Assembly: GCA_964036045.1 (NCBI GenBank) | Contig: OZ038378.1 | Span: forward strand, 143,282,001 to 143,346,000 | Direction of reading: 5' to 3' | DNA from: Eutreptiella sp. 'Long Island Sound 2002' | Taxonomy: Eukaryota; Protista; Euglenida | DNA: 64,000 bases | In this document: positions 58,836 through 64,000 of the stretch, piece after piece | Layout: the number at the start of each line of letters is the position of its first letter | How positions within the stretch are numbered: position 1 is the first letter of the stretch | Made by a program: the position numbers and the translations under genes | The notes under the pieces: generated by a model | The model's input: the letters and a program-made list of their open reading frames with translations, nothing else | Told to the model about the DNA's origin: nothing | The model's database searches: none

Positions 58836-60734
58836 GGGGGGGGGGTTGCCGGCTGCCCTCTGGGGAGGCTAGAGTTGTGGTGCATGGTGAATTTTATCAG
58901 CAGGCTTGCTGTCCAGCACTCTATCCCAGACAGGGGTTAAGCTGCCAGACAACGTTGTGGTTCGTGTGCATTTATTGGCTAGACGGTTAAGGTTTACGAA
59001 TGTCAATTCGCAGACCGGAATCGCGATTGCACCGCAAGGTCAAACTATTACAAAGGCGAACTGCCCGACATATTTCAGCGAGGTCCTGGTTCCGGTCATT
59101 GAAATGAAGGACGAACTTGTCCAGGTATGTCGCAACCTTTGCACGTACGGGCTTTGCGGCCTACACCCACGCCGGCCACACACACACGTAACAATTGCCC
59201 TGACAAGAAGCAAGGAATGCTGCTGAATCCGCGTAACCTCGGCTCAGAAGCCGAAACGATTCCCCCTTGTTGGGCGCATGGCCACTATCACAGTAGCGTT
59301 CTGGCTGTGTATCTCTTCTGCAGTCTGGTTGTATTTTCACCAATTGTTTGTCAGGTTAGCAACGGTGGTGAGCTTGCTGTTGGAGAGATCAACAAGATCA
59401 AGCAAGTGGTGCTCTTTCAGCAAACCTCAACACCAGTGAAGATTTGGGGGTCGTGGTTGCAGGTCGTCTATGCTACACTTCTGCTGCAAAGATTACCCGA
59501 TCGGCACTCTTTTGCACTTCCCTGCGGAACCTGAAAAGGGCTTCAGTGATTTCATGCTGGGTTCGGCTGGCAGGATTAAAACAGCAGCTTCGCCCTGCCC
59601 TGGCCCTCCGGAACAATTTTCAAAATGCGCCTGGGCAACCAGTGTTTTCTACGGCATAACTCACCCAACAATACTGCGTGTCCCATGTATCGAAAATAAT
59701 GTGTTGAGCCTGGAAAGCCATCAGGTGCTGAAGCCCGGCAGGTCTGATGCACGTTAGGGGCAAGGGGCATTGATTCGCCTCGAATGCCTTCCAGAGAGTG
59801 CGGCTCTTTTACTGTGCTTTGGCATCACCGTCTTCTTCCCGTAGAAATACGAGGCGGTGACTGATTTCGCACGACGGGCTGCTCTGGCTACAAAACGGCT
59901 TCCGGTGTATGACACGAGATCCGCAGAAGCAGCGCAAAGGATTGATGCCGCCCTTCGATCGGACAATCCCCCACCAGGTGGTGCTGCATGGCGCGTGGTC
60001 CGTGCACCGAGGCATGACGAAGTGCTGTGTTTTCCTTGGGCAGTGCTCTGTCTTTATTGGGAAGACCCGGCGCTCTTGGTGGGGCAGGGCGTTGCGCAAA
60101 AAACTTGAGGCACAGAAGTTTTACATCGCACACCCGGCGCAAACCCCCTTTTTCCGTGGCGTATGTGGGGTACCTGGACACCAACTTGGCACGGGGTCCC
60201 GCCCCACCAAAGCAAGCATTCATCTGGGGTGGGAGCATGGGTCCAAAGGGCATGTCCGCCGTCAACCCCCCAAATGTCCAGCGCGGACGACACTGCTGCC
60301 CCCGCAGCATCAATCAGTTGATGTAGGGGATGTCGCACGTGATCGTCTTGATTTGTGCTGCCTCTGTTGCTGTCAGTGTTTGAGTCTTGAGGAGTTTTCG
60401 AACACCACGCCCCTCCTGATCGAGTGACCGACGACCCCACCATAGGATTTTCCTGATCAAAAATATTTTATGGGTGGGAGCATGGGTCAAAAGGGCACGT
60501 CCGCCGTCAACCCCCCAAATGTCCAGCGCGGACGACACTGCTGCCCCCGCCCCACGCCCATGCTTCCAGCGATGTGCTGCTGCCCAGGAGACAGAAGCAT
60601 AGCAGCCAAAGTGCCAGAGGACTCGTTAGGACAACTCCCGCTTGTGTGTGTGGGTTGTCCTGGATGTACTGGCAAGACACCAAGTGTGTGATTGGTTTGG
60701 GGAGGAGGAGGGGGGGGCTCATGCACACCTATAC

Positions 60735-60948
60735 TACTGGGCGCCGCTGACGCGCAAACGGCACGTCCAGCACAGCCCCAGCACACCAACCACGGGGCTC
60801 CGCGAACGCGGAAACGACACCAGCAGGAGCACCGGCCGCAGCGGCCGACAGAACGCAGCGACCCGACGCAACATGCGAAGGGAAGAACGGGTGACTGCCC
60901 AGGGCCCCGTAAAGGAGCAACAACCCGACGGAATGTCACACAGGGGGG
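60735..60948 (-). repeat. Family D partial copy (inverted)
   Basis: Reverse complement of ~45950-46175. Confidence 0.8.
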
Positions 60949-60999
60949 TGCTGAGTGGGATTGAGGTGTGCACTGAGGACTGCATGTCTGCCGGGAGTG

Positions 61000-63500
61000 C
61001 AGAGGACCTAAAGCTTCCTCGTTTTAGAGTCAAGGCCCCCTACAATTGGAATCCTCCAATCTGAGTCACGTTGAGTCCCATTGTGTCAAGTTGCTGCCAG
61101 CATCAATCGGTTGATGTCGGGGTGGGTACTTGTGAGGCGAGGTCCCTCAGGCTGTTGGTAGGTACCAACGGGGATCGGTAACTATGAGGATCGATACCTT
61201 GTGGCTGTCAGTTGGTACCAAAGGGGATGCGTTGCTTCTGTGATTTGTTGTACCCGCTAATCTTGCTCTGGTTTCCATCCATGTTGCCTCTTCCTCGCAG
61301 CAGCGGTTTTCAAGCCTGCAGCAAGAACAGGGCGGAAGGCTGATTCTGATGTATGTCTCGTGTGTGTGTTTCGTACATGTGATTGATTTGGGGCTGGACG
61401 AGGTTACAGATGTGTAAGAGCCAAGGCGCTGTCCTGTTTGTCATGAATTCTCGCAGATGAACAGTTTTTTTGTCTGAACATGGGGTCCAGATCAGGGTTT
61501 CGCCAGTGCAGTGGCTGAACATGAGTGTGCTCAGACTTTGATCCTTTCCCCTGCTTCTGGCACGTGCCTGTGGTCCCATCCTGAACTGACAATTTACGGG
61601 CTGGTCCTCTGTTGTGAAGTCAGATGCTTCCCCTTTCCACGCAAGAAGAAAAAGCTGGGTTGCTGTGCCTGAGGTATGCAAGCAGCTGAAATCCTGATGC
61701 ATCCACAGAACAAGCTTTTGATTGATTTGGGTTCCTTGTGCTGCCATCCATGGAGACAGCAGGTTCAGATCTCCCACAATGCCATGGCCCCATTTTACTA
61801 ATTTGTCTGAGTGACCAGGACGGTTTTGAATTTCAAAGCTTTGAAGAAATTCAAACGCAAAAGAAAGTGATTGAAACTTCGAAATGCGCTGTTCCCATTT
61901 TTCGCCTAAAAATGAACATGTTCCAGTTCAATTGTGAGGATTGTTTGTCAATTGATGCACCAAATTAGGGTCCTCCCACAATTTAGGGTCCTCCCGGCCC
62001 AGTCTGCTTTGTTGTTTCTTTGGGTCTCCTGTAGATTGCACATCGTTCTGGGGCACAGGGTTTGCACGCTTGGGGCATGGTATTCGGGGGCAGAATAGTG
62101 TTCCGGGCGGCATGGTGTTCAGGGTTGATGACAACTCTGTCCCCAAGAATAAGAAGCCCAAACCCATTCTGGAACCTGCGGCCAAGGCTGCTGCAAAGCT
62201 GGCCCCAAGAGGCAAGCATTTGAAGTTGTTTGAGAGGAGGCGCAATATGGGATACGGCTTCTGTTCCACAGCTAATCCCAATGGCATTGAGGATACCTAC
62301 AGCACACTGGACCCTGCCTGCACATTGCTGTGTGGTACCTGTGTCACTGTAGTTTGCCTGACCATGGCTGTGTTTGCACGATGGCACACACACCCCACAC
62401 ACACACGCACACCGTGTCGTGTCCAACGCCGCCAGCGCCGCAACTCCTGGCTCAGCTTGAGCAGTCACAGCCCCAGTCACAGTCCCATCATGGAGTGCAC
62501 GGACCAGAGCGAGGGTATCACAACCCACCACCCCCACAGCTGGCGGACGTCAGGAGGGGGGAACCCTTGCCCCCCACCACAGTCAACAAAGGCCTGTAGG
62601 ACACCCCCGCCCCTACACACCATGGACGTGTTCACAGGATGAGGAGGAGGAGGAGGAGGAGGAGGTTGTACAACCAAAGGCCGCTCTGCAAAAGCCAATG
62701 TCTGACCGTGATTTCCATCAACCACCGTCTCCAGAGGTGTGCTTTGGCGGACATCATCCTCTCCCTTGTGAAAGGGCATAACGAAATTGGGTGTTCTTAC
62801 TTGGGCATCACTGACTGCGGCGGCTGCCCTTTGGATGGCAAAGGTCGCACTGTTCACAGTTGCCTGGCACCCAAAAGATGGAGGGGGGATATTGGAGCCT
62901 TGCTGCAAACACAACACCCTCAGTTGGCTGCCTACCGGCCCTGTGAACACGGTCTTGATGCTTGCAGGCTCCCCATTTCTTCCTTCGGTACACAACCCAA
63001 TGTGCATCTACGTGTGTGTGAGCACAGAGTGATGACATAGGGGCATGCAGCAACGATGTTCAGCAATCTTGCTTGGCAGCGCAAAGTCCATCACGGCATG
63101 CATCAAGTGGCTGTTTTACCAGTAGAACACAACCTGAATGGCCGACCAGGGGGGGCTCCAATGCCAGGAACAACAACCCACAGCAAGCGCAAGAGAAACG
63201 TGGGCTGTCTGTAGCCGTCGGCAGACGTATTGGTTTGCACGGGGGAAAGACCCAAGGGAGGGCACGAACGCACCCCCTGCGATGCAGCATTGGATGAGTA
63301 GGCCTGCAGCCCGGCACACATTTGTGCAAATGTGTTTCACAACAGTTTGATGTGGACAAAATAGTTGTTGTGGTCGGGTTGGGAGCTACATGATCAAGAA
63401 ATGCATCGGGTGCCCTTCTCATAGGCCTCTGATTGGTGAAAGGCTCAGCCATTTTGCATCTCATGCGCCTTTGTCATGATTGAATTCCTTTCCCTCTGGG
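61000..63500 (-). pseudogene. Heavily decayed coding-like DNA, possibly LINE zf-RVT/RNase H region
   Basis: Fragments NCCETHLHKCVPGC (~63300) and LCTEGRNG...SATFAIQRAAAAVSDAQ (~62800-63000) are ordered like zinc knuckle then RNase H. The match is weak. Confidence 0.2.
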
Positions 63501-64000
63501 TACGGCAGTACCATTGCAATAGCAGGTGACAGCTGCAACAATGCACACAGCCAGCCCCACTTTGCCTCAAGATTTTCCCAGTGTCAATGGGCCAAAGCTT
63601 GTTAATGAGTTTCCCGTTCCAATGAAGAGAAGCGTCGTCCTTGTTTGTTGAGGCTGGCGTGCACGTCTTAGACCCCACACCAACGCGGGAAACAGCGGAT
63701 TTATTTTGATGCTACCCCCCCCACCCCCCACCCCTTTTTGTGAGGGCAACACCCCTGTCAAGCTGGGATGTGGTTGTGGGTCTGATGCATTGCCATTCTG
63801 TCCCTCAGGCGTCTTGAGTTTGCAAGAAGAGGCCCTCCATTCTGCAGCAGTGTGCTGCGCATCCCAGACAACCTCCCCAAACTCGCTCCACCCGGTCCAT
63901 GTGTGTCGGGGGGGGGGGGTCGTCATGTAGTTCCACATGGCACGACACGCAGGCAGTGGGGAGGCAGTGCAGCCTCCGGAGGCTGCTACTCTGCAGCCTG

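Noticed and set aside
61983-63007. KDZ/Zisupton transposase (DGNH, CKHSHG words)
   Set aside because: The words fall in different ORF fragments, and the diagnostic GE and H..H..C..DGE motifs are absent.

Overview
Eukaryotic, repeat-dense 64 kb window with no prokaryotic operons, rRNA, tRNA or CRISPR array. Long GT-AG introns filled with G/C-run MITEs and TTAGGG-type telomeric repeats suggest a large-genome protist, possibly a euglenid; this is inference and cannot be verified from the sequence. There is one 200-N scaffold gap (8853-9052). The main host-gene content is on the minus strand and had to be rebuilt from exons that the ORF track fragments. (i) Two exons (47041-46640, 43560-43369/43363) encode a protein-kinase fold that lacks the HRD and DFG motifs, i.e. 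a pseudokinase. (ii) Three exons (30757/30769-30618, 25803-25744, 22057-21963), plus a probable fourth (19398-19326), splice in frame into a complete survivin-like BIR domain with exact C-x2-C-x16-H-x6-C spacing. Splice phases allow (i) and (ii) to be one pseudokinase-BIR gene. The rest is mostly repeats and transposon-derived DNA: two PHIS (ISL2EU/Harbinger-like) DDE elements whose transposase ends in an unusual Cys-rich zinc finger; TA-, 8-bp- and 9-bp-TSD MITEs, one carrying a PWWP-like gene fragment; a head-to-tail 1.2-kb element joined through telomeric repeats; an ~8-kb palindrome/A-tract satellite complex beside the gap; several minisatellites; and decayed LTR, DIRS-like and LINE-like remnants.
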